Shown: positions 21,962-35,767, counted from the first letter of the stretch. The stretch is DNA of 64,000 nucleotides from Albugo candida (GCA_040437565.1 JBDOQK010000010.1:248001-312000); one strand, 5' to 3'. Notes: a model not told the origin generated them from the letters alone. Made by a program: numbers and translations.

Positions 21962-24141
21962 TCAGGCCGCTATTCCACCAAGATTTGTCTTAGTAATGGA
22001 GGGTTCGGAGTATGTTGGCTTCGGAGAACAAGGTCGCTGTTGACGAGAACACGCCAAACTCTTCATATGTACACCGTTGTCGTCTTTCGATCTTTCCAGC
22101 CGCATGTTCCGAGCCAATAGGGCCGAATGGCTCGCTAGCTTTTGATGGGCAACAGAGAGTTGTTGGAAAATTCTTGCTTGTTTTTCTGCTCGTTCAAGTT
22201 TCACCTCCATTGTCTTCTCTTGCACTTTATCGATCAAGTAGCGAAATGCGACGACAAACCAATCGCGGACGGCTTCCGATTGCGTTTCCAAATCGAGTGT
22301 CCGAGAATTTGTAATGAGAGAAAAGCAGCGAGAAGGATTGATATCCGCATGTGACAGGAATCGACGAGTAGCAATGGAACGAGCGAATACGTCCGTGCTA
22401 CTTCCCAAACGAATTGCTTCGATCTCATTGATGCGAACGATTTCATTGCTTCGACCGAGCCAAGAAATCTCCCCAAAACGATTCACAAACAGTTTGGTCT
22501 TNNNNNNNNNNNNNNNNNNNNNNNNNNNNNNNNNNNNNNNNNNNNNNNNNNNNNNNNNNNNNNNNNNNNNNNNNNNNNNNNNNNNNNNNNNNNNNNNNNN
22601 NAATCGAGTGTCCGAGAATTTGTAATGAGAGAAAAGCAGCGAGAAGGATTGATATCCGCATGTGACAGGAATCGACGAGTAGCAATGGAACGAGCGAATA
22701 CGTCCGTGCTACTTCCCAAACGAATTGCTTCGATCTCATTGATGCGAACGATTTCATTGCTTCGACCGAGCCAAGAAATCTCCCCAAAACGATTCACAAA
22801 CAGTTTGGTCTTATGTGCTTTTCCCTTTCGTCCGTGCTTCCACACAGGAACGGTCGACATTCGCTGAATGATATTACTTTCTACCTGTTTGGCAGCTTGT
22901 TCAGTGTGCATTTGACTCCATTCCATTAAAAATGCGATACTCTTCAAAAGCCATTCCCGTTCTTCTGTCGTGTTGGTAGCAATATCCAGCGTTCGATGCT
23001 CAGCGATGATCGAAAGTGTGCATGCGACATCCTGAGATTCGAGAGTTCCTTTCTGGAGCGCACGGGCTAATATCTGGGTGGTACCAGTAGTTTCGATCGA
23101 TCGAATGGATGAAAATGATATTTGCTTTCGCTTTTTTCGACCACGAATGTGCTTCGTTGTATTGTCGTTCCCACGCGCTTCTTTTGGTCCACGTTTCGAC
23201 ATCCACTTGAGACCATGTCCACCGCTGGTGAGAAACAATTGCGTCACATGAGGTCGACCTTTTCGTCCATATTTCAGGACTCGGATCCCCGATATACACT
23301 GGATGGCCAATTGATAGTTGACCATCTGCTTGTGAATGTGTTGACGCTCGCGCTGTCTAGTCGACGATCGATCTAGCACTTCGCGTTGTACATACGCTAA
23401 GACCGCAAACTGGAGACTGATGGCTTCATTCCAGTAATAAGGACGCAGTTTCTGGCTATTGTGTATAATTTGTAGAAAATATGGAGCCCATTTAGTGGAA
23501 TAAATAGCAAATTGAAATTGGCGAATGTATTGTCGAATGTATAGTTGAGCGATACGTTTGTGACTAGGCTCGATACTGCAAATCGTACGAGCGTCTGGCG
23601 ATAAATCACCAATGAACGACACGAAGTAACACGATTGAGTGGCAATTGTGTGCGATAACAAAGGGGATACCGGTGTAATGAGCTCATCCTGGATGTCTCC
23701 ATTGAAAGAGTCCCGCCAAGGCCCTATGCCGGACACATGACGAGAGGATAGACCACGCTTGGACCGAACTGAAATGGCACCAATCGATGCATCATTTTGT
23801 ATAGCTGAAATCGCCTCTTGTTCATGGGTTAGTGGGTTTCGTGTGGTCGACCACAACGTGTGTTTGTGTCGTGGTGATGGAAACGCACTTTTTGGCTTAC
23901 TTAACACTGATATCAAATCACGCGATAACTGACGAAAACCAGATGACGAAGTGTCAGAACCCACCTGGCCGTGTGATCGGTTCAAACGAAGCGGTGATTT
24001 GCAATTACTTTTCATCTGCAGTTTAGAAGCGATTCGTTGTCGATACTGCCTTCTTCGTGATAAAATCGGTTCGTCGAGTATTGGAGATTGCGATTTAGCG
24101 GTGAGATCGGACACGTGCGAATCCTTATAATGAGTACTCAT
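21962..24141 (-). CDS. Protein with two tandem PLC-delta/Num1(Mcp5)/PRAF-type PH domains
   Basis: GIRVLKYGRKGRPH..LKW..SII..RTLDI..EREW and VWKHGRKGKAHK..ISW..CFSLI..RTLDLE..RDWF. The reading is continuous once the 22291-22501/22602-22812 gap duplication is collapsed. Likely ATG at 24141 (MSTHYKD). Confidence 0.82.
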
Positions 24142-24461
24142 TGCGATAAACTTCCAAAGGAAATCGAGTCGATGAACAGTCAAGAGCTGATAGTATGTAT
24201 GTAAATTGAATACTGTGAGTTGCAAAGCTGTGAAAAATACACGCTTGGACTATATTTGACACATGCGACGGTGTAGGATATAACTGAAAACATAAGCATA
24301 AGAATTGTACCCTTGTAGATGATTGAAAGATATGCGAGCTTGAGACTTAATAGTAGGTTCGGAACACATCCATTCGGACGCCTGTCACTCATCTGCACGC
24401 CTGTCATCCGCTGCTCATCTAGAAGCTTATCCCGCGTCTTTGTTTTTATTAAGGGCAAGGC

Positions 24462-27400
24462 ATGTCGCATATCACATGGTTTCAAAGCGTCATTGTTGGG
24501 TCGATAGTCCTTTTCATTGCGCTTTTTCTGAATAATAGCGACCTGATCTCTCACTTGACCAGAAAAACGAAGATAATAGAATCCCTTATTGTAAATTTTG
24601 GACAGGAGCAGTATCTTACCCTATTCAACACTCTTGTTCCCAGTCCCTCTTTCAATGACTCGATTCGATGGGGAACCTTCCAAGCCGGAATGTACTTCGG
24701 TATACGCTCACGAACGCATCCTTATCATGTCAACGCAGGATTGCTGTGGACCTGCTCGGAAAAAAGATGCTCGGATCTTCTTCGCCATTGGAGTCAACAA
24801 GACGATCGACTCCGAAAGTATGGGTGGCTTCACCACGATGGACGAACTTTCGGATACCAGAAGATCGAAGACCAGTTTGGTAAATACAATCTTCAAACAC
24901 AATATGTCAACTTGCTTTCAACAGTAAAACAAGATCGTTTGATGCATTTATTCAGCAATCAATTTAAGCTGGTATCCCGTGATAGATCATTCACACGGAA
25001 GAGTAAATACGTTTCCTTATTTTATTACATCGACTTGAGCTGTGGCGATGATGGACTTTCACATTCATGTCGAGATGCTTTGTTACGATCGGATAAAAAC
25101 ATATTTGAAATCGAAAATAATAAGGCTACAAAGTGTATTACAAATGAGAAGAATGAAGAATGTTTGTATCAGCATATGACAACTTCAACTTCAAAAAGTT
25201 CAACTAATGATGCTCTCCGACAGACGTTTCCGTCAACTTTCTCTGCCCGGGTCGAAGCGCGCGTAAACAATCGAATCGGAAGCGTAAAGAGCTTTGACCT
25301 TCGATTTCAGGGATTTGCAGGCGCTAATGTCGTGCTTGTGAAAGAAAAGATAGCGACACAGCGAATCTCCAGTGCTGCTTTCCACAATAAAGAAGATATA
25401 GAGAACGAAGATGATCTTATAGAATGGGAGACTCGCATGGAAGAGGAGCAATCAGCGATTATCGACAATGCAGATTTGATCTATCTAGACAATACTATAG
25501 AGAGTAAGTCTTTGCTTGTGGTCTTCCAGGTCTTTGTAGAGCTGGCAAATGAAAACGCAATTCTGGAGGAGGATGACGTTGTAATGGACGTCGTTTTCAT
25601 GGAGAAGAAACTGGAAAATGACGAGGAAAGAGATGAAGATAATACAAAATCAATTTCAAAAGAACAAGTAAAAGAGTGGCAACAGCGATTGAAGTCTACG
25701 AATTCTATCAAATCGACTTTAGTAAAAGCCGCTGATGTGAAGCGAAGTGTCTTCGAGCGCCAATTTGAATCAACTTTTCAACTTTCTAATGAAAATGAGT
25801 GGAACACATCACATTTGCAGTTTGCTAAAGCGGCATTCAGCAATCTGATTGGCGGTCTGAGTTATTTCTATGGCAGTGCTGTGATAAAAACGCTGGATGG
25901 TGAAGATCGTACAATTGGAACACGCACGAGCAAGCCTATGGCACTATTTTCTGCCACTCCTTCAAGATCTTTTTTCCCTCGGGGCTTTTTGTGGGATGAA
26001 GGATTTCATCAGCTGGGCATTTTACCATTTGATCCAGAGATTACAGAACAAGTGATTTTGCATTGGCTCGGCGCCATGCTCGAAAGCGGATATATTCCCC
26101 GTGAAATGATACTGGGAAAAGTTGCATCAGCACGTGTACCTGAAGAATTTCTTGTCCAAAATCCGACTCATGCGAACCCCCCAAGTTTTTTGTTATGCCT
26201 GGAAAAGTATCTCAATATGAAGAACGTATCTAAAGAGAAGAGAAAAGCATTCATGCAACGGACGTTTCCATCGCTCAACACTTGGTATGAATGGTTTCTC
26301 GCTTCGCAGCAGGTTAGCCACGTTGTTAAAGATGATAATCAGCAAATGGATTCTCCCGAGATCAAAATGCATGCTACGGCACCACGAACAGAAGAAGCAA
26401 AGCTGTCGCGAGAGCGCATTCTGCATGGTTTTCAGTGGCGCGGACGTGATCCCTTGGATGATAGACTAAACCCTATAACACTCGCGTCTGGCTTTGATGA
26501 TTATCCCCGTGCATCCTCACCATCAAAAGAAGAGCTACATGTCGATCTTCTTTGCTGGATGATTCGATTTAGTTCAATTATGGCTCGTATCGCCAAATTT
26601 ATCGGGCAAAAAGACGGGGTTGTTCAGAAATTCGTACACCAAGAAGTCAAGTTTATGGAGACGTTGAATATTGTTCATTGGAATGATAGTTTGCAGACTT
26701 ATTCTGACATTGGGATGCATAGCACAGACGGTGTTGTGACAAAGATGCGTGTGGCTCGCTGTCGAGATGAAAATGGTCAAGTGATCGATGTACTGGAGTC
26801 AGAAAGTCTGTGCCCCACTTCGCATCCAGACTTCCTATTCTATCTGGGAGACGGACATGGAGGTTTCGAGACAAGATATGTCTATGTTCCCGGAGTGGTA
26901 TGTCTTCCCAATACATTCAGAAAGTGTATGACGCTCTTTTGTAGATACGATTACAGCATGTACATCACATCGGTTATGTCTCCATTTTCCCGCTCATCTT
27001 ACGGATTCTACCGGCCGATGCACCTCAGCTAGAGGCACTTTTACTGTCAATCCGTGATCCTGCTCATTTATGGACGCCGTATGGAATTCGCTCTCTATCG
27101 ACTCGCGACCCGTTTTTCGAAGTTGGCAATCGACCCAATGACAAACCGTACTGGCGCGGAGCTATCTGGATCAACATTAATTATCTAGCATTGGATGCCT
27201 TGATGTATTATAGCAAGCAAGACGGTCCGTATCAACAAGCGCTCAAAGATGTAAGTTGCACTGAGTGTAGCTTTTATTTATCTGATTCGCATTAATTTCT
27301 TGTTGTAGACGTATACTGAATTACGGCAAAACGTTATTACCAACATTCATTCCGAGTATTTGCGAACGGGATATTTCTGGGAACAGTATAATGGAAACTT

Positions 27401-27509
27401 GCGATTGAAGAAATCATTTGGAAGGGGGAGACGCAGTCATCCATTCACCGGCTGGACCGCTCTTATTGCCAATATAATGGCGGAAGTATACATACATAAT
27501 GAGAGATAG
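24462..27509 (+). CDS. MOGS: Mannosyl-oligosaccharide glucosidase (ER glucosidase I, GH63)
   Basis: N-terminal signal anchor; motifs RWGTFQAGMYFGIRSR, YGWLHHDGRTFG, SATPSRSFFPRGFLWDEGFH, SGFDDYPRA, YWRGAIWININYL, HPFTGWTAL. Introns 26898-26944 and 27251-27308. Confidence 0.95.
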
Positions 27510-27932
27510 TGTATATTTTGCTTGGAAGCATGCAAAATTTTAGGAATGTTGTCACGTTNNNNNNNNNNNNNNNNNNNNNNNNNNNNNNNNNNNNNNNNNN
27601 NNNNNNNNNNNNNNNNNNNNNNNNNNNNNNNNNNNNNNNNNNNNNNNNNNNNNNNNNNCGTTTTCTAGCGTACCAGACAATTTCAGTTACTTGTTATCCA
27701 GCCCGTTTTAAGGTCCTACAAGTGGACTCCCTAACAACAGAGGGTTAAAACGTTTTGGTGCTTTTCTCGGTGGGATCTCAATCAAGCTGAAATTGGAGCA
27801 AACGAACCACGTTTTCCACTCATTGTGGGAAAAGACAGTAGAGTAAATAAAGGTGGTACAAGGTATTTAATTTACCACAAACATTAAAGTTGTGACGGGA
27901 ATAAAAAGATAATATACACAAAGGAGACAAGT

Positions 27933-30900
27933 ATGAGTTTGGATCAGATGGAATCAGATGAAATAAATGTTCAAGTAACATCACCCACATCATTGGCACG
28001 TCGAACTTCCTTGCCCCGATCCTCATCAGTCGGTCAAAATGAGAGGCAGTCTTTGTCACGTTCCTTTCATTTTCCATCGTCTCGCATGAGCAAGATATCT
28101 CATAAACGAAAAAGCAGTGCCAGCGAATTGGCGGTCACACCCAGCATGGGACATTGTCCCAATACCAATAGTTCTCAAGAATCAAATTCATTCGATTCAT
28201 CCGATGATACAAAAGAAGACAGTAAGTTGGATACATCTGAACTTTCCGGACCAAGTGATGTCACACAAAGTACCAAATCTATCGAACAAGGCAATCTCGC
28301 TCCTGACATGCCCCAACTCTCACCTGAAAAAGCAATCGAATCCACTCAATCACTTAGTCCTTCTGCAATTGGATCAAATACTCAAAACTCGCAACCAGTA
28401 ACAGCTAATACCCTCAGTCTCTCCAGTTCCAATAATTTTGCAAATTCAGGTGGTATTAGTAGTTTTTCAAGCAGCACGGTATCTTTCACAAAAAAACACC
28501 TTCGACGAAGTTTACTTCGCGAAACGTTTTCCTCGCTAACTCGTGAGAAAGAAACTTGTGCCCCGATCCCTGAGTCGTCTTCCACTGAGATTACGTATGA
28601 AGGTTATTTAACAAAACGAGGTCACGTATTTACCAATTGGAAGACACGTTTTTTTGTACTCTCCGGAAATGTATTGGAATATTACTCTAGTGAGGAGAAA
28701 ACCAAACGGTACGGCTCTGTCGTTGTCGCAAAAGTAGCTCCATGGTCTGGTGAAGCGCACGGATTCATGTTTTATACAACCAAACAAATTCCATACTATG
28801 TGTACGCAGCTTCCGAAGCTGAGAAAACGAAGTGGCTTCGTGCGCTACGTGAATTTTACGTGGAACCTGATGAAGTGACTTGTGAGGGTTACCTCACTCG
28901 TCGCGACCATCTCGTCCCAAGTCAACGAGTGTGTTATTACGTACTTAGTGGCACTTATCTACGTCATTATGCGGATCAACAAGCGTACCGTGACAATGAT
29001 TCCGCTATGGCTGAGGTTGAAATCCGATCTATTGCCGCGTGGGACGCTGAAGTAAATGGCCTTATGTTTAAAACAATGACTGGAAACGTATTTTACGCGT
29101 CCACAGAGACCGAAAGCGAACGACAACGTTGGGTGTCCAATCACAGTAACACAACCACCTCAAACACTGTGGAACCGGTTGCATGTGCAGGTTACCTGAC
29201 AAAACAAGGTCATAAGCGCAAAAGTTGGAAAAAACGGTATTTTATTTTACGAGGAAACATAATATCATATTATCAAGATTACGATTTGGCCAATAACGCG
29301 AAAGGAAAAGCATTAGCTGAAGTACAAGTGGAAGATGTACAAAAGTGGGACGGTGAAGCATTTGGGTTTATGTTTATGACCACTGAGCAAGTACCATATT
29401 ACGTATACGCCGATAATGAGAGAGAACGTAAGAAATGGATGAGTGCATTGAGAAAATTGAGTACACTCGACGAGGATACAGAAGTGGAGAAGAAACGGTG
29501 CTCTAATTGTCAGGCTGTCTTAACAGGATCCCGATTTTGTGGAGCGTGTGGGTTTAATTTACGTGGCACAGTGGGCGAACGGTCCAAGAATTCGAACCGG
29601 ACCGAGTATGGAATGAATAATGACGAAATGGATGAGAAAGACGAAGCTGATCAATGTGATGAAGATACTGGTTTCGATGAATTGGAAGCTCTTTCTGAAG
29701 GTGCACGGACGTTACTTCTCGCTGTGATGCAAACGCCTGATGGAGTCGATGTTGGAGATAAAGATGGAGCATTTCCAAGTCGATTAACTGTTGGCGGGAA
29801 AGCATTGACACGTCAATTCCCTGAAGTGAATTCCGATGATACAATGAAAGAAAGCCTGGAAGAGGAATTACGATCAATAATGGCCGAGATTCCATTGGAG
29901 GAAAGCGAACAAGATCAAGAAGAAATGAAGCGATCAGAAGATTCTATCGATAAAAACAGCGATCGATACGATTTGAAGCCTTCTTTAGAGTCAGACAAAG
30001 GCTTTTCAATTGCTTCAAACGTTTGTGATTCTCCGCGAAAAATTATCAAAATGGAGCCAAATTTCGATATTGTGGAAACAAATGATACAACTGACAAAAG
30101 TTTCCGATCGTTTGGTGAGTCTGATGAAGAAAAGAAGGAAATCGATGTGTTTGTGGAACGAAGAACAAGTGTTCCTGTCAATCGATCAAAAATGATGAAT
30201 ATGGGTCCAATGGGTCGACGAAGAACGCTTCATTCTCTGGCAATGGAATCGTCCAGTGACGAGGAAGATGATCTTGATAATGAGAAGACTGTAAAAGAAA
30301 AAGAGCATTCACCTGAACGAAAAGACTCGCAAGGTTCCTCGGATCTTGAGCTCGATACTCGTGGAATTGCCGCGTGGGATGAACCCAACGATGAAGAACG
30401 CAAAGGAAAAGAAACAAACATAGTGACAGAAGGAAGACCGCCATCTGCCAAAGCGAATGATCTTTGTCACTATATGGAACGCGAGTTGGACTTTACACCG
30501 CTTTTTGTTCCGTCTTCCGATTCTCCCATTCGATGTCGCTTGTACAGTTCCATGGCGTATGCGACTGCCAAACGTGTCATTCTCTTTCTCTCCGACTCGG
30601 GTCCCCTTGGCTTATGGCGTCAGGACCCAACGAATCAGATCGTATCGACGCGACATCCATGGTCAATGGCGCATTATCTTAGTCGAGCGCAAGAGGAAGG
30701 CTACGGTGTACTTTTATGCAATCCATTTTCGAATACTGCCGTTGTGTATGAAGCCGGAGGATTCGAACGCACAGTTCCAATTCCAAATTCAGGCTCTCCA
30801 AAGGAACACGTTTTATTTGTATGGAATCAATTTGCTGTCAAATGCAAAGGAGAAATCAATGTGATCGCATATGCGCGTGGAGGTGCATTAGTGAAATCGA

Positions 30901-32578
30901 TTTTGGAGTCGTATGAAGTCGAAGCACGTGATAAAATCCATCGTATCGTATTTATCGATTCCAAGCACACAATTGATGGAAATGAGAGTCCAAGTGTTTT
31001 GGAGTTGCTTGGACGTCGATCGATCAATTGGGAAGCATCCTTTGAGCCGCTTGGAGCACAGATTGTTGATTCACAAGCTCGTGTTGGCTGTGTGTGTCTA
31101 TCGACTGGACACATGCCACAACATGGAATGGAATTTGAAGCTGCTTCTCTTCAAAAGGCAGAAGACGCAGCATTTGCTTTTGTAAATGCGAATCCAGATC
31201 GACCAGGAATGACAGCTGTGGTCAAACATGTGAGAGCAACTCTTCGAAAGCGAAAAATGACAACTACAGCGAATCCAACGACCCGAAAATCAAATATTTT
31301 GGTGCTTGGAGAGACAGAAATCGATGAGTCGAGTGATACTTCAGCTACTGAAGTCGAAACAATTGAAGTTGCAGTCAATGAGAAGAGCAAAGACAAACCA
31401 CCAGCGCCATATTACCTTCCAAAACCCACAAAACCACGAAATGTGACGAGCAATACCGTAAGCGATCAAACACCAAAGTCGCTTATGTCTATGAAAGACT
31501 TTGAATTACTTCGTGTTGTGGGTCAAGGCGGCTTTGGCAAAGTGTTTTTATGTCGGAAATTGACTCCACCACGTCAAGGCGAGTCATTTGCAATGAAAGT
31601 GCTAAAGAAACAGCATGTGGTGTCCAGTGGATTAGTGAATACAACGATGGCAGAACGAAAGATTCTCACTGAAATTACACATCCATTTGTTGTGAAGTTG
31701 TATTACGCGTTTCAAAGCGATTCCAAGCTGTATTTAGTGATGGATTATTTGAGTGGAGGCTCTTTAGCATTCCATCTTCGTCGTCGAAGAAAATTCTCAG
31801 AAGATTGGGCTCGATTTTATGCGGCAGAAGTAGCTGCTGCAATGGCACATTTGCATAGTGTGAATATCATTTACCGCGACGCCAAATTGGAAAACGTGTT
31901 GGTCGATCATCAAGGTCACGTACGGATCACTGATTTCGGTCTTTCAAAAGTGGGCGTTTCTGATTTGAAAGGCGCGACGACATTTTGTGGTACAGCCGCA
32001 TACATTGCTCCAGAATTATTAAAAGGACAAGCGTATGGAAAAGCGGCGGATTGGTGGTCATTTGGGATTTTATTGTATGAAATGATTGGAGGGAAGCCGC
32101 CATATTATCATCGGAATCGCGATATTATGTTTCAAACGATCCTCAAGCAAGAATGGGTCACATTTACGCCAAGTTTCTCGGATGAAGCCGTGTCATTGAT
32201 TCGTGGGGTACGTATTTGCATCATTGTGAGTATGCGTTGTGTTCTGATGTGTTGCTGTGTCCTTACGATTAGCTGCTGACAAGAGATCCAATGATGCGAC
32301 TGGGAAGCGGACCGCGTGGAGCCGATGAAGTGTTGACACATCCATTTTTCGATTCAATTGACTGGCCAGCATTGCTCGAAAAGAAGATTCCACCGCCATT
32401 TGATCCCGGTATTGGTAAGTTGGACACGCATTATGCGCCAAGGAATTTGATTGAGATCACAACTCGCGATCGAGAAGCCAGTGTGGTGGTGAAGAACAAG
32501 TTTCATCATAATGATTTTGATGGGTTCAGTTTTGTTGGGAGACCGTCGTCTGTGCCGAAAGAAAAGGTGTTAAAGTGA
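27933..32578 (+). CDS. AGC-family (Akt/S6K/SGK-like) kinase with three PH domains, a zinc ribbon and an Arb2/FAM172-like alpha/beta-hydrolase domain
   Basis: PH domains at about 28590-28860, 28870-29140 and 29175-29460; CxxC..FCxxCG at about 29500-29550; Arb2-like domain at about 30460-31190. Kinase motifs GQGGFG, AMK, YRDAKLEN, DFG, TFCGT..APE and hydrophobic motif FDGFSFV. Intron 32208-32272. Confidence 0.93.
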
Positions 32579-32916
32579 CGCGTGGAGTGGTATATGGATG
32601 TTGCAATGGACATTGTGGTAGTGGAGTCGTGTGGGGTGTCGATAGGATAGTTGCAAATGTTGTGGGGAATCGTGTCGAAAAAGACATTTGTGCGTGTGGG
32701 AGGACTTGTACCGAGAATGGAAGTGAAATACCGGTATAGGAAGGGAGACGTGATTTACTGTAGGTTGCAAATTGGTTTCAACAGATTTTCGAACGAGTTT
32801 TTATCTTTCTGTTTTCTTTTTTTTAGCTTTTTCTATTTCTTTTGGCTTTTGGCTTTTTGTGATTTGTGTTTGTGATTTATTGGACTTTGAGCTTTTTGGA
32901 TCGAAATCATTCCGTT

Positions 32917-35767
32917 ATGACGCTTTCCAAGCCACTAATTCCGTATGACGCGGTAGAACATCCATTAAAACCTCATATCAATGTAATTGATGACACGTAT
33001 CCGTTCCCAACGGGTGCGTGGTGGACAAATCTGATCTTATCCAATGGAGAATCTGTCATTTATTGCATGCCATACGCACTCAAAATTATGCACAATGAAT
33101 TACATATATCGTATCCATTCCGCGTCGTAACGCCAACCGTTTTGCAGAATGGGTTTTTAACGCACGTTCGAATTGCGTTTCCAAACACAACGCATTATGA
33201 AATTATCGCGTCGGATGCATTTAGTGTGACGGTGCAATTTCATACACAATCACAAGGTCACTGCACCGCGTATCTGGTACGTGGATCTCCGTACATTACC
33301 GTACACTACCACAATAGCGCGCCCATCCTCCATAGCGGCCAAAGTATCGAATGGATTCGCCTGAAAAAGAATGAAAACAATGACAATGAAAATCTCGCGA
33401 GTTATCGGTTTCTCACGAGTACCAATCAGATGTGGCAGCTCTTTCTATCCGATTCTACATCTGAATTGAGAATGGAAAGTAACTCAATCATATCTCAAAG
33501 CCCGCTGAATGGTATTTTACGACTGGCAATCACGTTGGATGCACTCAATCAACCGCTGCTGCAGCACTGTGCTCCCGTGTACCCAACTGGTGGCTCAATC
33601 AAATATATTCAAGACAAGAAACGAGAAAATTCACTCAAAATACAGTACCATTGGACCGTTAAAACCTTTGGCTCCAGTGACAAATCGATCCCATTGTTGA
33701 TGCTTACTCTGCCACATCATCGAGACATCATTCAGTTTCAAAAGGTTGGAAATGTTTCAAGGAAAAGGAATATGACCGATGAGAATGTGCTCGTGGAAGA
33801 ATTGACATTTGTGTCAATGAGGGGTGTCATGAAAGGCGTATTGGGCAATGTATGGTATATGATGGAGGAATTGCCCAATATTTATTGGGATTATGAAGCC
33901 GGAGGTCTGTTGAGTTCCGATTTGTCGACCGATGTCGGATTGATGGATTCTATTCGGTCGACTATTGGAATTGATACAATAAAAGAGAATGAAAGTGATC
34001 CCAAAGAATCCATACAATCTTTCATTCGAAATAAGCTTACGACTTTACTGACAAAAGAATACAAAACGATTCCAAACTTTGCTGAGGATTCCTATACATT
34101 CGGAAAACAAATTGGACGTGAGGCAAGACTATTGCTCATGGCGAAGCAATTACATCACAATGAAGCTGCTCAAGTCTTATTAGCTCGAATCAAAACCGCT
34201 TTGGAACCATGGCTTGATGGTAGTAATTCGGATCATTTTGTGTATGACAAGACATTTGGTGGTATTATCACAAGCAAAGGATGGTCGGATCAAAATGCGG
34301 ATTACGGAAATGGCTACTACAATGACCATCACGTAAGCGTGACTGCGTTTGTGAGATATGATTTTGTTAATCTGAACGCTTTCTGCACATGACAAATAGT
34401 TTCATTATGGGTATCTTTTGTACGCATTGGCTGTAGTACGGAAATACGATCCCTCATTTATCGACATACATGGAGAAGCTTGCCTTGCTCTTTTAGGGGA
34501 TATTGGGACACCATTCGATACCGATACAAGTGCGAGTATTGCTACGTCGCTGAGTAATCATACGAAATTGTGGGATCTTGAAAAGTACTTTCCAGTCGCT
34601 CGACATAAAGATTGGTACACTGGTCACTCTTATGCGAGTGGACTATTTCCGATGGAAAACGGAAAGTCACAAGAAAGCAGTAGCGAAAGTGTCAATGCGT
34701 ATTATGCTCTCGCGCTTTTCACCTCTTTTGATTGGAAAAACTCGACTTTATCGGATGATACAGCTTCGTATTACCAGTATGCACGACTGTTACTGGCAAT
34801 GGAACTTCGCTCTGTGAAGAAATACTGGCACATCGATCCGAATTCGTTCATTTACGAGCCTCCATTCAGTGATAATGCAATGGTTGGAGTCCTTGGAGAA
34901 ATGTCGGCTGTGTATGGCACATGGTTTGGAAATCAAGGAATGTACATCCACGGCATCAATATGATTCCTTTCACTCCAATTACAGCCGATTTGTTTCCTC
35001 GGACGTATGTGAGTCACGAATTCATACAAATCGAGTCGGAGTATACTTCCTTACCTGATTCTGATATCTGGAAATCAGCACTTTGTATGAATCACGCCAT
35101 CATTGATGCTCAAGCTGCATGGAAGGAATTCAAGCCATCTTTCACGACTTTTGATACGTGGAATTCGGCGACCAATACATTGTTATGGATAGTAACTCGA
35201 CCATCGTGGCTTGAGAAGAAGCAGATAATGAATGCCAATTCGACCCGTTTACAATGTTTTGGAGTTCCGCAATGCAAGGGATTGGAATGTTGCAATACAT
35301 TACCTGGTTGTTGTCCTAGTGCTTTGGCTTGTTGTCCTGTCCGAAATGAATCAGTGACGGCTATCTTTGGCGATAAACAACAGAGAGATATTGGTGTTGA
35401 AGTCTGTTATGGTCAAGGTGAATGCGCAGCTCTGAATCTATCGTGTTGTGACTCATTTGAAGGTTGCTGTGAACCTCAAGGTGTCAATGGAACAGTGCTT
35501 GGTTGTTGCAGACAACAACTTGTGACAAGTCCATCGGTTCACAGTGATAAAGTTCAACATGCAACCTCCAGCAATGGTCTTTATCTTATTCAAGGTGCTT
35601 CACTTTTGGCTCTAAGTGGAATTTTAACATTCGCATTTGCGTTATGGTATCGTCGTCGCCATTACACTCCAATTCAACGTGATTTGAGAATGTATTATTG
35701 CATGGGAACATTGATATTCTTGATCGTTTTACTCGTTTTTGTGAGTGTTGAGAGTTTTGTAACGTGA
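32917..35767 (+). CDS. Endo-1,3-beta-glucanase, GH81, with Cys-rich repeats and C-terminal transmembrane helices
   Basis: PFPTGAWW, LVRGSPY, DSYTFGK, YNDHH|FHYGY (intron 34333-34399), HSYASGL and QESSSES catalytic motifs. Two CC-rich repeats and two hydrophobic helices at the C-terminus. Confidence 0.92.

Noticed and set aside
8943-32578. A functional signalling gene cluster (Cav, FHA-RING, PH protein, PH-kinase)
   Set aside because: Interspersed with unrelated genes in mixed orientation; adjacency in a compact eukaryote genome is not evidence of a pathway.
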